Shown piece by piece: positions 25,668 to 42,645 of a DNA stretch of 64,000 bases (its first letter is position 1; every line of letters begins with the position of its first letter). The notes beneath the pieces were generated by a model. That model saw nothing but the letters and a program-made list of their open reading frames with translations. It was not told where the DNA came from and made no database searches. The stretch spans positions 41,726,001 through 41,790,000 of the forward strand of contig OZ024751.1 in assembly GCA_964016885.1 (NCBI GenBank), written 5' to 3'. Source of the stretch: Eledone cirrhosa (Eukaryota). The translations under genes were made by a program, and so were the position numbers.

Positions 25668-25722
25668 AAAGTTTAAGCAAAGAATCGGTGCTTTCACCCT
25701 TAATGGGATCTTCTGAAACTCT
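25668..25722 (-). ncRNA. Hammerhead motif with core mutation (CAGAAGA)
   Basis: Minus strand AGAGTTT-CAGAAGA-tCCC attaa GGGt-GAAA-GCA..TGC-TT-AAACTTT, between two (TA)n tracts. Confidence 0.65.
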
Positions 25723-25736
25723 ACGGTTTTTATATA

Positions 25737-26020
<284 letters not shown>

Positions 26021-26253
26021 AATATTAAGAAAAATTAATAATACGAAGAGTTAAAATTTGAGATTTGAAAATTCAAGTATAAAATTCATTGTGGGATTTC
26101 ATAGTAGTTTTCATCTAGGTAGCAACAAGTTGACTGCTGTGTCCCTTTCTGGTAGTGAATATATATATATATATTATCCTTATCGAGCCCTCTTCGGATT
26201 TTAGTCTACACATTTATTATTATTACTATATGTGTGTGTGTGTGTGTGTGCGC

Positions 26254-26352
<99 letters not shown>

Positions 26353-26587
26353 TGTGTGCGTGCATGTGCGTGTGTGTGCGTGTGTGTTGGGGAGGGGTGT
26401 AAAAGAACGTGGGCTTCCGGCTAAACTTAGTTCTGAAGTGATTGATTTAACATGAAATAGTTATGACTATGGAGATACAATAAAAAGAAAACTTAATTAA
26501 TCTTTACACTTTTCTTTCATCGTTAGTCATTAGAAAGATAATGGCTTTTGTTTGTCTGTTTAAAAACTGTAAATCTATCCCAACATC

Positions 26588-26725
26588 ATGTCAGAGAAAA
26601 CAAAGATGAAATCCTATCACTCAAGATTCGAACTGAAAGTAATTTAATATGCCAAACAAAACTTAAACTGCACATCTGAACGGAATATTGGACATAGAGA
26701 AATGGCTGTGGGAAAGTGAAGACCA
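26588..26725 (+). pseudogene. Decayed pogo-like transposase N-terminus (Brinker-type HTH)
   Basis: MSEKTKMKSYHSRFELKVI*YAKQNLNCTSERNIGHREMAVGK*R resembles SY..FKLKVIEYA...N.AAER.FG..E..VR.WR; two stops. Confidence 0.5.
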
Positions 26726-26944
26726 AAGAAGACCAGTTCAGAAATGCAACATTGCATTCTGTGGAAAAATATAAATAAAAAAGTATCACAAAATATAAAC
26801 CAAAATAGAAGAAATAGATTTTAAACTTGGTCTAAATTGTTGGGTGGGGGCTGAAAAGTTCATATTCGATTATGTTTAAAACTATAAAATGGTTACTAGG
26901 GAAATTAAGTGGTGTGGTATTTTTACCCTTTCCTAATGTTGGAT

Positions 26945-27103
26945 ATTATGCTTTGCGACATAGAGTTACGGCCCTTTACGGTCTTAGTTCAAATCCCGCC
27001 GAGGTTAACTTTGCCTTTCATCCTTACGGGCGTCGATAAAATAAAGTACCAGTAATATACTGGGATAATTTCTGGCCTTGTGCTAAATGTAGAAACAATT
27101 ATT
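26945..27103 (+). mobile_element. OK-like SINE, 5'-truncated
   Basis: GTTCAAATCCCGCCGAGGTTAACTTTGCC...GTAGAAACAATT. Confidence 0.85.
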
Positions 27104-27213
27104 TATATTCTGGTTTCAAATCGATGAAATAAAGTACCAGTAACACACTGGGGTCGATTTAATTGATGTTTCCTTCCTCTAAAAAAAACACCATTATTAT
27201 TATTATTATTATT

Positions 27214-27270
<57 letters not shown>

Positions 27271-27288
27271 TTGGTGGTGGTGGTGGTG

Positions 27289-27335
<47 letters not shown>

Positions 27336-27357
27336 GGTGGTGGTGGTGGTAGTAGTG

Positions 27358-27389
<32 letters not shown>

Positions 27390-27806
27390 TTTATCACATC
27401 TGTCTACACTGGCATGTCTCATAGGATGGTAACTTTAGCAATCTTCTTTGCAACTGTTTCTGGTTTGTGATCCTACCATCTTTTTACAGACATCGTTATT
27501 ATATTCTCTGTAGATTTCTCAATAATACGTCTGCTGCTCGTCTGGTGTTGGCGGTGAATATATTTCGTTTGTTTTGCCAATATTGTTCGAACCACAGATA
27601 ATGTGTTCAATGATTTCTTTGGAAAATTCCTCATATCCTACATATTTGTCCAAGTTATGGAAGCATAAAATGGTAATGAATACATATTTGTAGTTTAACA
27701 TTTATGTTCAATGACTTAAGATATTTCTCTAACTAAATTATATCATTAAAAGGGAGATAACCTATACGAAATATATAGCTGAAAATATAACATAGGTGGC
27801 GTTATA

Positions 27807-27995
27807 ATAATTGTTTCTACTTTTGGCACAAGGGCCGCAATTATCTCAGTGTATTACTGGTACTTTATTTTATCGACCCCGTAAGGATGAAAGGCAATGT
27901 TAACCTCGGCGGGATTTGAACTCAGACCAGGGCCGGAACTCTTTAATGCAAAGCATGGCGTCCGACTCTCTACCGATACTGCCAATCTACCGCCA
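27807..27995 (-). mobile_element. OK-like SINE
   Basis: Consensus match. Confidence 0.85.
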
Positions 27996-28679
27996 TGTGC
28001 CAGGTGGGGTTATAATAATATGATCAATAAAGAGAGAATGAATAAAGTAAGTGGGAAAAAAAAGTTATTTACGTATTTAGAATCTAGGAATAAAAGTGGA
28101 GGTCATTTAAAATTAATAGTAATCTAAATGGGTAATATAAATTATGAACTGTCTAAAATTGTTTTAAATATTAATTGGGTTTAAAAGTTATATGATTTAA
28201 AATTTTAAGTCTTATACGCAATGTGAGTACATTGGTTATATTTAATTTAAAGTCAAAATTATTGTAAAAGAAAAAGTAAAACGTTTTATGTGGGCATGAA
28301 GGGATTATTTCCTTTTTCAAATTTAGTAGGATAATTTTTGAAGTGGTTATTTGTAACGCGTCAATTAAACAAAGATTGCATTTAATTTTATTTCCTCCGT
28401 ATGGTTTTGCAGAAATAATAATACTCCACTTTAGAATGTATCTAATGTTAACCTTTTTTAAACGCTAAATCAATTTTTAGAGATTACTATTTGATTTGAT
28501 TTGATTCTGATGTACTATAGTCGTCCAAGAATATATAGTTTTATTCCTTGTTCAACTAGTGAAACATACGTAAAATCAATTAAATGGTTTAATAATTATC
28601 CTTCAATTAGTATGTGTATGTGTGTGTATATATATATATATATAAAGAGAAAAACGACAGACCCTCCATCTCAACTCTA

Positions 28680-28715
28680 CTTTTGAAAAGCAGAAGAACT
28701 GCGAAACCGGTAAAG
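28680..28715 (+). ncRNA. Minimal hammerhead-like motif with variant core TTGAAAA
   Basis: CTT-TTGAAAA-GCAG aagaa CTGC-GAAA-CCGG-TA-AAG, in a ~200-bp element bounded by (TA)n. Confidence 0.55.
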
Positions 28716-28839
28716 CAACAAAATAAATATATATTTTTTTTTTTAAATAAGACTCCATTTTCAATTTCATCGTTTTTTCTTTATACTTTCACTCGTGTAG
28801 GACACCTCGGTTATTTTTCATTTTGTAAAAAAACCTCAC

Positions 28840-28929
<90 letters not shown>

Positions 28930-28943
28930 AAAAAAAACCTCAC

Positions 28944-29018
<75 letters not shown>

Positions 29019-29183
29019 TATATATATTTTATATATATGTTATATATATATTATATATATATATACACATACACACAGTCGCGCACCCACACACCTATCC
29101 ACACTCATACGCAAATACGTACACCCACACATACACGTGCAATATTTATAACATAAAGATGATATTTATGAACTCCATATAAG

Positions 29184-29256
<73 letters not shown>

Positions 29257-30757
29257 GGGGGGGCCACTGTGTGTATGTGTGTGAGAGAGTTTTATGTATG
29301 TTTATGTGCATATGTATGTACATGTATGTGTATGTATCTGTGTATGTATGTGTGTATGTGTATATGCATGTATCTGTGCATGAATCTGTGTATGTATGTG
29401 TATATGTGTATGTATGTGTTTGCATGTGTGTGTATAAGTATGTGTGTGTATATGTGTATGTATGTGTTTGTATGTGTGTGTGTGAATGTGTGTATGTGTG
29501 TATGTGTGTATGTGTGTATGTGTGTATGTGTGTGTGTATATGTGTATGTATGTGTTTGTATATGTGTGTGTGTGTGTATGTGTGTATGTGTGTATGTGTG
29601 TATGTGTGTATGTGTGTATATGTGTGTGTGTGTATGTGTATGTATGTGTTTGTATGTGTGTGTGTGTGTATGTGTGTATGTGTGTATGTGTGTGTGTGTG
29701 TGTGCATATAGCGGAACACTGCGTGGTGTAAATATAATAACCTGTGTTCCTTGTTCTGTAAATATTTAACGACGAATCCTCACAGCGTAATTGTCTGCTA
29801 TTGTTGTTGTTGTTGTTGCAGGCTGTCGTTGTTGTTGTTGTTGTTGTTGTTGTTGCTGGCTGTAGTTGTTGTTGTTGTTGGCTATTGGTTGTTGTTGTCG
29901 TTGATGTTGTTGTTGTTGTCGTTGTTGTTGTTGGCTATTGGTTGTTGTTGTCGTTGATGTTGTTGTTGTTGTTGTTGTTGTTGTTGGCTATTGGTTGTTG
30001 TTGTCGTTGATGTTGTTGTTGTTGTCGTTGTTGTTGTTGGCAGGAGTTAGTATTATATTTGTCATCTAGTTGTAACATTTACATTTGATGATGTTGTCGT
30101 CGTAGTTGTTGTTGTTGCTGTGGTGGTTGTTGTTGTTGTCGTAGTTGTTGTTGTTGTGGTGGTTGTTGTTGTTGTTGTGGTCGTCGTCGTTGCCGTTGTC
30201 TTTGTTGCTGTTGTTCTTCTTGTCGTCGTTGTTGTCGTCGTTGTTGTCGTCGTCGTCATTATTGTTGTTGTTGTTGTTGTTGTTGTCGTTGTTGTCGTTG
30301 TTATTGTTGTTGTTGTCGTCGTTGTCGTCGTTGTTGTGGTCGTTGTTGTTGTTGTTGTTGTCATTGTTATCTTTGTTGTCGTTGTCGTTGTCGTCGTTTT
30401 TTTTTTGTTGTCGTTGTTGTTGTCGTTGTTGTCATTATTAATGCTTTTTTATGTTACTTCTCTCTAAGAATATTTCTTTCTCTTCTTATTATTGTCAACA
30501 CAGACTTTGTCATGATTATTCAAAATGCTTTATAGACATTTGTTCTAATAGGATCCTTAGTTTATAGTTGTGACAGGAAAAGAAAAAGAATATTGGATAC
30601 ACAGCTATGCTTGTTTCGTTCTGGGAAGACGTGATGTTTGTATGCTTTGTTAAAATTCGTTAAAGGGCCGCGTCTTAGTGACGTCTTTATTGATGTAATG
30701 ACTACAGAAAATCTCTGTTCATATATTCAAATAATGTTTGAACAGATAATATATATA

Positions 30758-30846
<89 letters not shown>

Positions 30847-30871
30847 AAGTGTATATATATATGTATATGTA

Positions 30872-30909
<38 letters not shown>

Positions 30910-30921
30910 ATGTATATATGG

Positions 30922-31002
<81 letters not shown>

Positions 31003-31105
31003 TATAGATATATATATATATATATAGGTATACATATAGATATAGATATATATAGATATAGATACAGATATATATATTATATATATACATATATATATAT
31101 ATATG

Positions 31106-31171
<66 letters not shown>

Positions 31172-31188
31172 TATAGATATATATAGAT

Positions 31189-31242
<54 letters not shown>

Positions 31243-31248
31243 CATATA

Positions 31249-31314
<66 letters not shown>

Positions 31315-31527
31315 AGACAAAGAGACAAGAGGAGATGATTGAGATAAGAGGGGGTGAAGATAAAAGAAAGTGGGAGGGGGGTAAAAGACATGTCTGCCAG
31401 CAACATGCGTACCTCGTACTACGCACGACTACTTTAAACATCTCTGAGATAAGCCGACATTTTTATGAGCGATAACAATATTGATGCTGTTGCTATTGTT
31501 GCTACTGATCCGATAATAATGATGTTA

Positions 31528-31559
<32 letters not shown>

Positions 31560-31652
31560 GATGATGTTGATAATGATGACGATGAGGGTGATGATGATGA
31601 TGATGGTGATGATGGTGATGGTGATGATATTGATTATGATGATGATGATGTC

Positions 31653-31700
<48 letters not shown>

Positions 31701-31744
31701 GATATTGATTATGATGATGATGTTGATAATGATGACGATGAGGG

Positions 31745-33041
<1,297 letters not shown>

Positions 33042-33060
33042 ATATATAAACATATAAAAC

Positions 33061-33123
<63 letters not shown>

Positions 33124-33124
33124 G

Positions 33125-33245
<121 letters not shown>

Positions 33246-33246
33246 G

Positions 33247-33377
<131 letters not shown>

Positions 33378-34556
33378 GTATTATTTAATCATATATGGAT
33401 ATATACATAACTATGTATGGTTTTTGGTTTGGTCCCGCCGCTTTGAAATGATCGATAACTTATGATTGGCAATTCGCTGAATGGAGATTGAGGTAAGACC
33501 TGTATGTATTTGGATGTATATGTGTAACCATTGTACCGGCTTTTTGAATGTTTGATTTTGTATTTATTTCAGTTTAGTGTCAGGCTTATTCAGGTCTAAA
33601 TTTAAAGCAAGATTATAATAGAATATAAGACGATGTTAGTTCGTCTATAAAAACCATAGCCTTGAGTGTCGATAGAAGAAATCAATTATTATTTAACGAA
33701 GAGTATGTGCAGTAGAATAAGAAATATTGTTTCGGTATGTTGACTCTGTAGTATGATTCCTGTTCCTAATTGTGGCTATTTTACTTCACTACTGGAACTA
33801 ATACCTTAAAGGAAGGTATGATTGTTTCGCAATTTTATTTGTGAGACCTTGCTGTATACTGTAATTGCCTGAAGCTAAAAACAAATCATGATAATCTGTT
33901 GAAAGAAAAAAATGCTAGACTTGGTTGGTGAAACATGTATAAAAGTTGAACATGAATAATATGAAAGATTTTGATGAAAGTCAGATCCAAGCAAACGTAT
34001 GGTGCATGTAAGGTTAATGCTTGAAAACACTTGTCGTTGTTCTAAAGTATTTGGTTTCCATGGTTTAATTTGAGAAAAAACAATGTAGATACCGAATAGA
34101 ATCATTTAGATAACATTTGCAGGCACGTAATGGTATGCTGTATATGATATACAACATTTAAAAGCAAAGTTATAGCAAGCATGTCAAACGTATAGAAGAA
34201 AACATAAGAGTAACAATGCAGTATGTCTATTGCAGGGCTTCGTTGTAAATAGATAAATAAGGAAACAATGATAAACTTACATTAAAGTACACTTGAAGCA
34301 GTCAAATGAAAATGTAAAATCACGTATCAGAGATGTACAAATGGATGTGAGAATTAATGGATTCTTAAGAAATGGATTAATAACCTCTTGAGAAATATAC
34401 AGTATAATTCACCAGAATTAAGAAGCGTAAAGGATAACATTTTCTAATTCAAAGGAGATTATTGGCCGGTGTTTAAATACTTTCCCTTGAAAGATATTTT
34501 TATTTTCTTCCCAAAAACTTCTGTCATAGAAGTAGTTTACAAATCCGCACAAAAGA

Positions 34557-35963
34557 TGCAACAGATATTTAACCCCCTACAAATATCAAAATAAAGGCCA
34601 TAACACATGCAAAAGATATTTAACCTCTATAGATATCAAAATTAAGACCATAACACATGCAAAAGATATTTAACCTCTATAGATATCAAAATTAAGACCA
34701 TAACACATGCAAAAGATATTTAACCTCTATAGATATCAAAATTGAGACCATAACACATGCAAAAGATATTTAACCTCTATAAATATCAAAATAAAGACCA
34801 TAACACATGCAAAAGATATTTAACCTCTATAAATATCAAAATAAAGACCATAACACATGCAAAAGATATTTACCCCCTACAAATATCAAAATAAAGACCA
34901 TAACACATGCAAAAGATATTTAACCTCTATAAATATCAAAATAAAGGCCATAACACATACAAAAGATATTTACCCCCCTACAAATATCAAAATAAAGACC
35001 ATAACACATGCAAAAGATATTTAACCTCTATAAATATCAAAATAAAGACCATAACACATGCAAAAGATATTTACCCCCTACAAATATCAAAATAAAGACC
35101 ATAACACATGCAAAAGATATTTACCCCCTACAAATATCAAAATAAAGACCATAACACATGCAAAAGATATTTACCCCCTACAAATATCAAAATAAAGACC
35201 ATAACACATGCAAAAGATATTTAACCTCTATAAATATCAAAATAAAGGCCATAACACATGCAAAAGATATTTAACCTCTATAGATATCAAAATTAAGACC
35301 ATAACACATGCAAAAGATATTTAACCTCTATAAATATCAAAATAAAGGCCATAACACACGCAAAAGATATTTACCCCCTACAAATATCAAAATAAAGACC
35401 ATAACACATGCAAAAGATATTTAACCTCTATAAATATCAAAATAAAGGCCATAACACATGCAAAAGATATTTAACCTCTATAAATATCAAAATAAAGGCC
35501 ATAACACATGCAAAAGATATTTAACCTCTATAAATATCAAAATAAAGACCATAACACATGCAAAAGATATTTAACCTCTATAAATATCAAAATAAAGACC
35601 ATAACACATGCAAAAGATATTTAACCTCTATAGATATCAAAATTGAGACCATAACACATGCAAAAGATATTTAACCTCTATAAATATCAAAATAAAGACC
35701 ATAACACATGCAAAAGATATTTAACCTCTATAAATATCAAAATAAAGACCATAACACATGCAAAAGATATTTACCCCCTACAAATATCAAAATAAAGGCC
35801 ATAACACATACAAAAGATATTTACCCCCTACAAATATCAAAATAAAGGCCATAACACATGCAAAAGATATTTAACCTCTATAAATATCAAAATAAAGGCC
35901 ATAACACATACAAAAGATATTTACCCCCTACAAATATCAAAATAAAGGCCATAACACATGCAA
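34557..35963. repeat. 50-bp minisatellite
   Basis: Unit TAACCTCTATAAATATCAAAATAAAGACCATAACACATGCAAAAGATATT, about 28 homogeneous copies. Confidence 0.95.
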
Positions 35964-36089
35964 TAATATAATTTGATATTATTTCTGTTACTTTCATCAG
36001 CCCTTAGGGATATTTGTGCCCTGTATTTTGGTGGTGTCATAAGGGTGCCGTAATGACATACGGCGTCCTTTGGCATTTTTAAAACCACA

Positions 36090-36154
<65 letters not shown>

Positions 36155-36373
36155 TCTCTCTCTCTCTCTAAGTCTGAACACAGTTGATTACTCTCAGAGA
36201 AGGTGAGAGAGAGAGAGAGAGAGAGATAAGAAGTGAGAAAGAGATAGAAAAGAAGAACTTATCCGTGACTTAGCTAGCCATCTGTAAATACCAACATCTT
36301 TCATGTAAAGATTAGTAACCACGCTACTGGTGTTGACGAGATTTATAGGCTGTTGGTAGTGGTGGTGGTGGTG

Positions 36374-36405
<32 letters not shown>

Positions 36406-37800
36406 GGTGGTAGTAATAATAGTGGCTTGGTGATAGTGGTGGTGAGGGTGGTGGTGCGGGTGACGGTGGCGGTGATAGTGGTGATGGTGGTGTTAGTGAT
36501 AGTGGTGATGGTGGTGTTAGTGATAGTGGTGGTGATAGTGGTGGTGTTAATGGTGATAATGGTGTCGTTGATGCCATCTTCACCGTTTTCCTCCTCCTCC
36601 TCCTCCCCCTCCTCATAACATCTGTTGTTATTGTTTAGCTGATCAAGCAGACACTGAATATGTCCGTCCATATTTTCTTTTAAAGATGGCGGCATGTATG
36701 TGTTCCATTTCGAACAGTTCGAGCGACAACATAAAACTGACCTCGTTGGCTCGGAAGATATGGAGAATAAAAGAAAAAAAAATGGCGACAATTGGAAATT
36801 GATAATAAAAACATTTATTCATAATGATACAATGTAACCAAGACATTTCCACAATATTGAAAGCATAATTTCTCATCGAGGTAAAATAAAGTTCCCCTTT
36901 AGTTCTAAAAGGTAAACGTTTCTATTCATTATATTGTATTAAGTTTCAATATATTTGTGTGTGTTTTGCGTGTGTTTTACGTGTGTTGTTTTGTGTGTGT
37001 TCTTGTATGTGCTTTTGTGTACTTTATATGTGTTGTTTTGTGTGTTTTGTGTGTGTTTTTGTATGTGTTTTTGTGTACTTTATGTGTGTGTTTTTGTGTG
37101 TTTATGTGTGTGGTATTGTGTGTTTATGTATCTGTTTTGTGTGTTTTTGTGTGTGCTTTTGTGTACTTTATGTGTGTGTGTTTCTGTGTGTGTTTACGTG
37201 TGTTTTTTGTGTGTATTTTTGTGTGTGCTTTTGTATGTGTTTTTGTGTGTGCTTTAGTATGTGTTTTATGTGTGTGTTTTTGTATGTGTTTTTGTATGTG
37301 TTTTGTGTACTTTATGTGTGCGTTTTGTGTGTGTTTATGTGTGAGTTTATGTGTGTGGTGTTGTGTGTGCGCTTTTGTGTGCTTTGTGTGTGTTTATGTA
37401 TGTTTTATGTATTTTTAAACAATAATCCACATTGTATCATTGAATAGATCTTTCTTTGTCTTTGTTGTTGTTTTTTTTTTTTTGCTTTCTATTCTTCTAA
37501 TTTGTTTTCTTTTCATTCACTTTTTTGACACGTTTGACCGCTTCGGTAAAGAGAAAAGAAAGCAAGAAGAAGAGTGAAATAAATTTCAAACTAACAACAA
37601 CAAGAAAATGCTGGTGGTGGTGGTGGTGGTGGTGGTGGTGGTGGTGGTGTAATTGTGGGTATAGTATATAGGGGGAAGGGCAAAAATTTGTGGGGAGGGG
37701 AAAGTCGATTTATAGACCCCTGAGGGATGCTACTGGGCGGGATTTGAATCCGGAGGCGCAGACAGCCAAAGGGGATATTACAAATCATTCTCTATCTCTT

Positions 37801-37870
<70 letters not shown>

Positions 37871-37894
37871 CCTCTATCTCTATCTATCTCTCTC

Positions 37895-37925
<31 letters not shown>

Positions 37926-37972
37926 GTCTCTCCCCCTCTCTCCCCCCCCTCTCTCTCTCTCTCTCTCCCTCC

Positions 37973-38012
<40 letters not shown>

Positions 38013-38042
38013 GTCCCCCCCCCCTCTATCTCTCTCTATCTA

Positions 38043-38073
<31 letters not shown>

Positions 38074-38084
38074 GCCCCCCCCCC

Positions 38085-38131
<47 letters not shown>

Positions 38132-38719
38132 AGACAGACTGGTGGAGGGGAAAAGACTTTAAATTAAGTACTAGACAGCGTTGATATGAACGACTAAATC
38201 TTCTTAGTGTAGTATTTTTGATTTTTGCAAGACCACAGTGTTAATGAGTGAAACCAGTAAAATAATGTGTGTGTCTGTGTGTGTGGAAGAAGAAGAAGAA
38301 GAAGAAGAAGAAGAAGAAGAAGAAGAAGAAGAAGAAGAAGAAGAAGAAGAAGAAGAAGAAGAAGAAGAAGAAGAAGAAGAAGAAGAAGAAGAAGAAGAAG
38401 AAGAAGAAGAAGAGGTGGTGGTGGTGGTGGTGGTCATGATCATGATTTTTCTGGGGGGCGTTGACATTTTCACAGCAATATGTGACAGTGTGATCGGTTT
38501 ACAAATGCCATGATATTTCACACATATATATGGACACGTGACTATCTCACCATCGGTTTTCATTACAAAGGTGCAGAGAATATTAAATAATGTCACAGTT
38601 TAATGAGAGTTTAATACTGAATGAAGGGGAGGGGTCTAGGTATTATAATGGCTGGATAAATATTGTATTGCTCTTTTCAGTCAAGAATCATGTGTTTGCA
38701 TCCCTCCTATATAACAGCG

Positions 38720-38955
38720 AAGGCGCGTAGCTCTGTGGTTAGGGTGATAGACTTACAATCTTAATGTCTTCGTTTCTATTTCTGGACCGTGTTGTGTTCT
38801 TGAGAAAAATACTTCATTTTGCGTGGCTCCAATATACTCAGCTGAAAATGAGCACCAACAATAGATGAGGATTTAACCCTGGTGTGGACTGGTGTACTAT
38901 CCAGGGGAAGTCTTGTGCTCTCAGCCACTTAATGCCACGGAAACTGCGATAAGCA
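38720..38955 (+). mobile_element. Old tRNA-derived SINE of a second family
   Basis: GGCGCGTAGCTCTGTGGTTAGG head; TGTGTTCTTGAG-AAAA-TACTT; ACTCAGCTGAAAATGAG central block. Confidence 0.55.
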
Positions 38956-40259
38956 CCATACTTGAAACAAATAGAGAGACTTATTTTGTTACTAATTTCT
39001 GTTTCATTCACTGTAGATGTAGCATGGACGAATGGTTAAGTAAGAAGTTCACATTGCAATCATTAAATACCAAGTTCGATCTCACTGTGTGGTATCTTGG
39101 GCAAGTATCATTTACCATAGTCATATTGGTAGTGTTTATTTTCGTGCTTTCTTATGCCACAGAATAAACCTTATAGATTTCAGCTAATAAGTGTGTATAT
39201 ATTAAACATAATTATATACAAACTAATACTATTTCTCCGTGGACAGAAACATAGAATGTCATCTGAACCGGTTCAAGCTTTGCTGAGATTTAATATATTG
39301 AGTTTGAAATCATTCGGTTATAAGCGGCGTCAATTATATTAAGGAATACCTCTTTGTGAAAAAATGAGGGATGGAAAAGGGGAGTGAGAGGGAGAGAGAT
39401 AGGGGGAGAAAGAGAGAGAAAGAAAGATAGAGGTAAGAGATGAAAGATAAAATGAAACAAAGATTTACAAGAGAAAAGAACAAACGAAAGAAAGAAAGAA
39501 ACAAAAAACAAAAAAACGATAAAGGAAAGAAAGAGAAACGGAAAGAAAGAAAGAAAGAAAAAAGGAAAAAGAAAGAGAAAAAGAAATAAAGAAACAGAAA
39601 GAGAAAAAATGGAGGAAAAGGGAAAGAGGGGAACAGGAAGAAAGAAATAAAGAAAGAAAGAAAGAAAGCGAAAAAGGAAGAAAAGATGAAACGCAGGAAG
39701 GAAGAAAAATCAATATTTCGTCGTCATTATCCTTTCACAAATATATTTGTTTCTTCATTGTGTTGTCTTTAACTACAGAGTTAAGTTTTCCCTGTGGAAA
39801 ACAACAGATTTGAAAATGATTGAAGAAAAACGTCCAACTTAAAGAATACATGACATAATAATTGAAAGTTTATTTCATTCAGAACGAAGCAATTAAAAAT
39901 GTGTAAAGCAAAGAGAAGAGAGGTTGAATAGTTTTACAATGATGTGTCGTAGTTTGGGAGGAAGAAAATAATAAAAATAAGAAATATAAAGATAAAATAA
40001 TCAGAAATAGAAATAAGAAATATAAAAATAAAATGAACAAAAAGAAAATAAAAATGTAAAAATAAAATAGACAAAAATAAAATAGAAATGTAAAAATAAA
40101 ATAAAAATGTAAAATAAAATAAATAAAAATAGAATAAAAATGTAAAAATAAAATAAATAAAAATAGAATAAAAATGTAAAAATAAAATAAACAAAAATAA
40201 AATAAAAATGTAAAAACGAAATAAATAAAAATAATTAAAAATAAAAATTATATATATTT

Positions 40260-40290
<31 letters not shown>

Positions 40291-40814
40291 CAACGTTATG
40301 TTTTTGTTGACATACAGTAAGAGAATTTCAACTCATAAATAAACTGTGATTGGTTGGTTCCATCTAATCCCTTGATCATGGACATCAGATTTTCTCTGTA
40401 GAAATAAATATATCGTCTCATAAAAAAAAAGCGTATATCGATCTTCCCCAAGAAAATTCTACCTATAAAATTGTCGTTACATCTGACTTAAGCAGTAGAT
40501 CAAATAGAATCCTACTTGTAATAGGGTATAAAAACAAACGTCTTTCTATTTTGGAAGATATGTGTTACTCTCCATTACATACTAATGTACAGCCATTGCT
40601 AGCTATAATGAGCGGTTTTGCTCTCGACATTTTATTTTTATTTTCCTGTAACAAAAATATAACATTGACTTTTATAATTAATTGAAACTGAATAATAAGC
40701 AAATCGTAAAGTTTACTGAGAAAAGTCTTGACGCTGTTCGTGATTTACGTTTATAAATGTCATGTTCCTTTGTTCAAACCTTGTCTAGTATGTTAAGACT
40801 TTTATATACAGGGT

Positions 40815-41000
40815 GGCAGACGGTGAATTGGTAGAGTGGTTAGAAGGTCGGATAGAAGGCTTCATGGTATGAGTTCGAGCTCTCTGCCCTCTGAGTTCGA
40901 ATCCCGTCGAGGTCAACTTTGCCTTTCATCCTTTCAAGGTCGATAAAAAAAGTACCAGTCTAATACTTGGGTTGATTCTTCCTCTATGTCTCTTTCTCAT
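40815..41000 (+). mobile_element. OK-like SINE variant with tandem-amplified tail up to about 41270
   Basis: GAGTTCGAATCCCGTCGAGGTCAACTTTGCC; GTACCAGTCTAGTACTGGGTCGATTCTTCCTC repeated. Confidence 0.75.
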
Positions 41001-41001
41001 T

Positions 41002-41051
<50 letters not shown>

Positions 41052-41127
41052 TATCTCTCTCCATATATATATATATATACTGTACCAGTCTAGTACTGGG
41101 TCGATTCTTCCTCTATATCTCTTTCTC

Positions 41128-41163
<36 letters not shown>

Positions 41164-41322
41164 TCCCTCTCTCTCTATCTCTCTCCATATATATATATAT
41201 ATATAAATATACTGTACCAGTCTAGTACTGGGTCGATTCTTCCTCTATATCTCTTTCTCATTTCCTCTTGGTCACTTTCTATCTTTCTCTAGCAGAAATC
41301 TACTGTACTCGGGCCTGGAGAG

Positions 41323-41391
<69 letters not shown>

Positions 41392-41420
41392 ATATATATA
41401 TATACATATACACACACACG

Positions 41421-41477
<57 letters not shown>

Positions 41478-41484
41478 ATATATG

Positions 41485-41548
<64 letters not shown>

Positions 41549-42034
41549 CACATATATATATTTGTGTATATTTTTTGTGTGTACATGTTTTATTTGGGGT
41601 TTATTGAAAAGAAATAATGAATTTATTCCGTACGAAGAAGAAAGAAAATATATAATATAGAAATAACCAAGAAGGTGTAATTGACGTAAAAAGACATCGT
41701 CATTTGATTAGAAGGATTTGCTGTAGGATCGCCAAGTTTCTCATCTAATACATTGGTGTTTTTTTTCTCTATTTTTTGGTGTTTATTTCATTATAATGCA
41801 ACCTGCAGTCACCCCCCCCCCTCTCTCTCTCTCCCTTAATTTCTCTATCTCTCTCGCTCTCTCACTCTCTCCCAATTATATGCATATATATATATATGTA
41901 TTTTATATATATATGTATATATAAATATTTTGCAAGAGATGTCAACATGAATGGACATGTTATTTTTATCTAAAGACATTTTTTTTCCAATTCCATCCCG
42001 CCCGTCCCCTCAATCTATCTTATTTCTCATTCTT

Positions 42035-42070
42035 TCTTCTGATGAAGGACTAGCGTCCGAAACTTTAAGA
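42035..42070 (+). ncRNA. Minimal hammerhead motif
   Basis: TCTT-CTGATGA-aGGAC tagc GTCC-GAAA-ctt-T-AAGA; the downstream tail recurs at 62805-62855. Confidence 0.65.
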
Positions 42071-42339
42071 CCCTCTTCCTGCTATATCAAGCGTTAACCT
42101 AATATATCCCTTCCATATACTGTGCCGATTGTGTTGTTATTTCTGTTTACCTTTTACATACATATATATATATATATGTGTGTGTGTAGAGAGAGAGAGA
42201 GCGAGAGAGAGGGGGGGGGGGAGATAAAGAGAAGAGGGAGAGAGAACGAGAGATGGATAGATAGATGCATTTATATTTATATATACATATCTCTCTCTCC
42301 TTCCATCTCTGCTTCTTTGCTTGCTCTTCTTCTTCGCCC

Positions 42340-42645
42340 ACTTATTCCTGGATCCCTAAGCGAAACCACCCAAGTTCATGAGTGTTATCCAACCATTTTG
42401 CTAGGGTTCTGCCCCTAGATCTCCTCTCGCTTAGTTTTACCTATAAAATCTCTCCAGTGATTCTTTCCTGACACATTCTAACCACATGCCCATAATATCA
42501 GAACTGTGATCTCTCAATTCGGAGAAGTAGCAGCTCTACCTGGAGTGATTCTCTGATCTCCAGGCTACTCACTCTATCAAGTAATGTTACTCCAAAGACA
42601 CTTCGGAGGAATCCCATTTCAGCTGCTTGTATTCGTGATCGTATT
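42340..42645 (-). mobile_element. RTE-clade LINE C-terminal remnant
   Basis: IRSRIQAAEMGFLRSVFGVTLLDRVSSLEIRESLQVELLLLRIERSQF*YYGHVVRM...RSRGR..KWLD. Confidence 0.8.

Noticed and set aside
34557-35963. 50-bp array as CRISPR or coding repeat
   Set aside because: Plain tandem minisatellite without spacers
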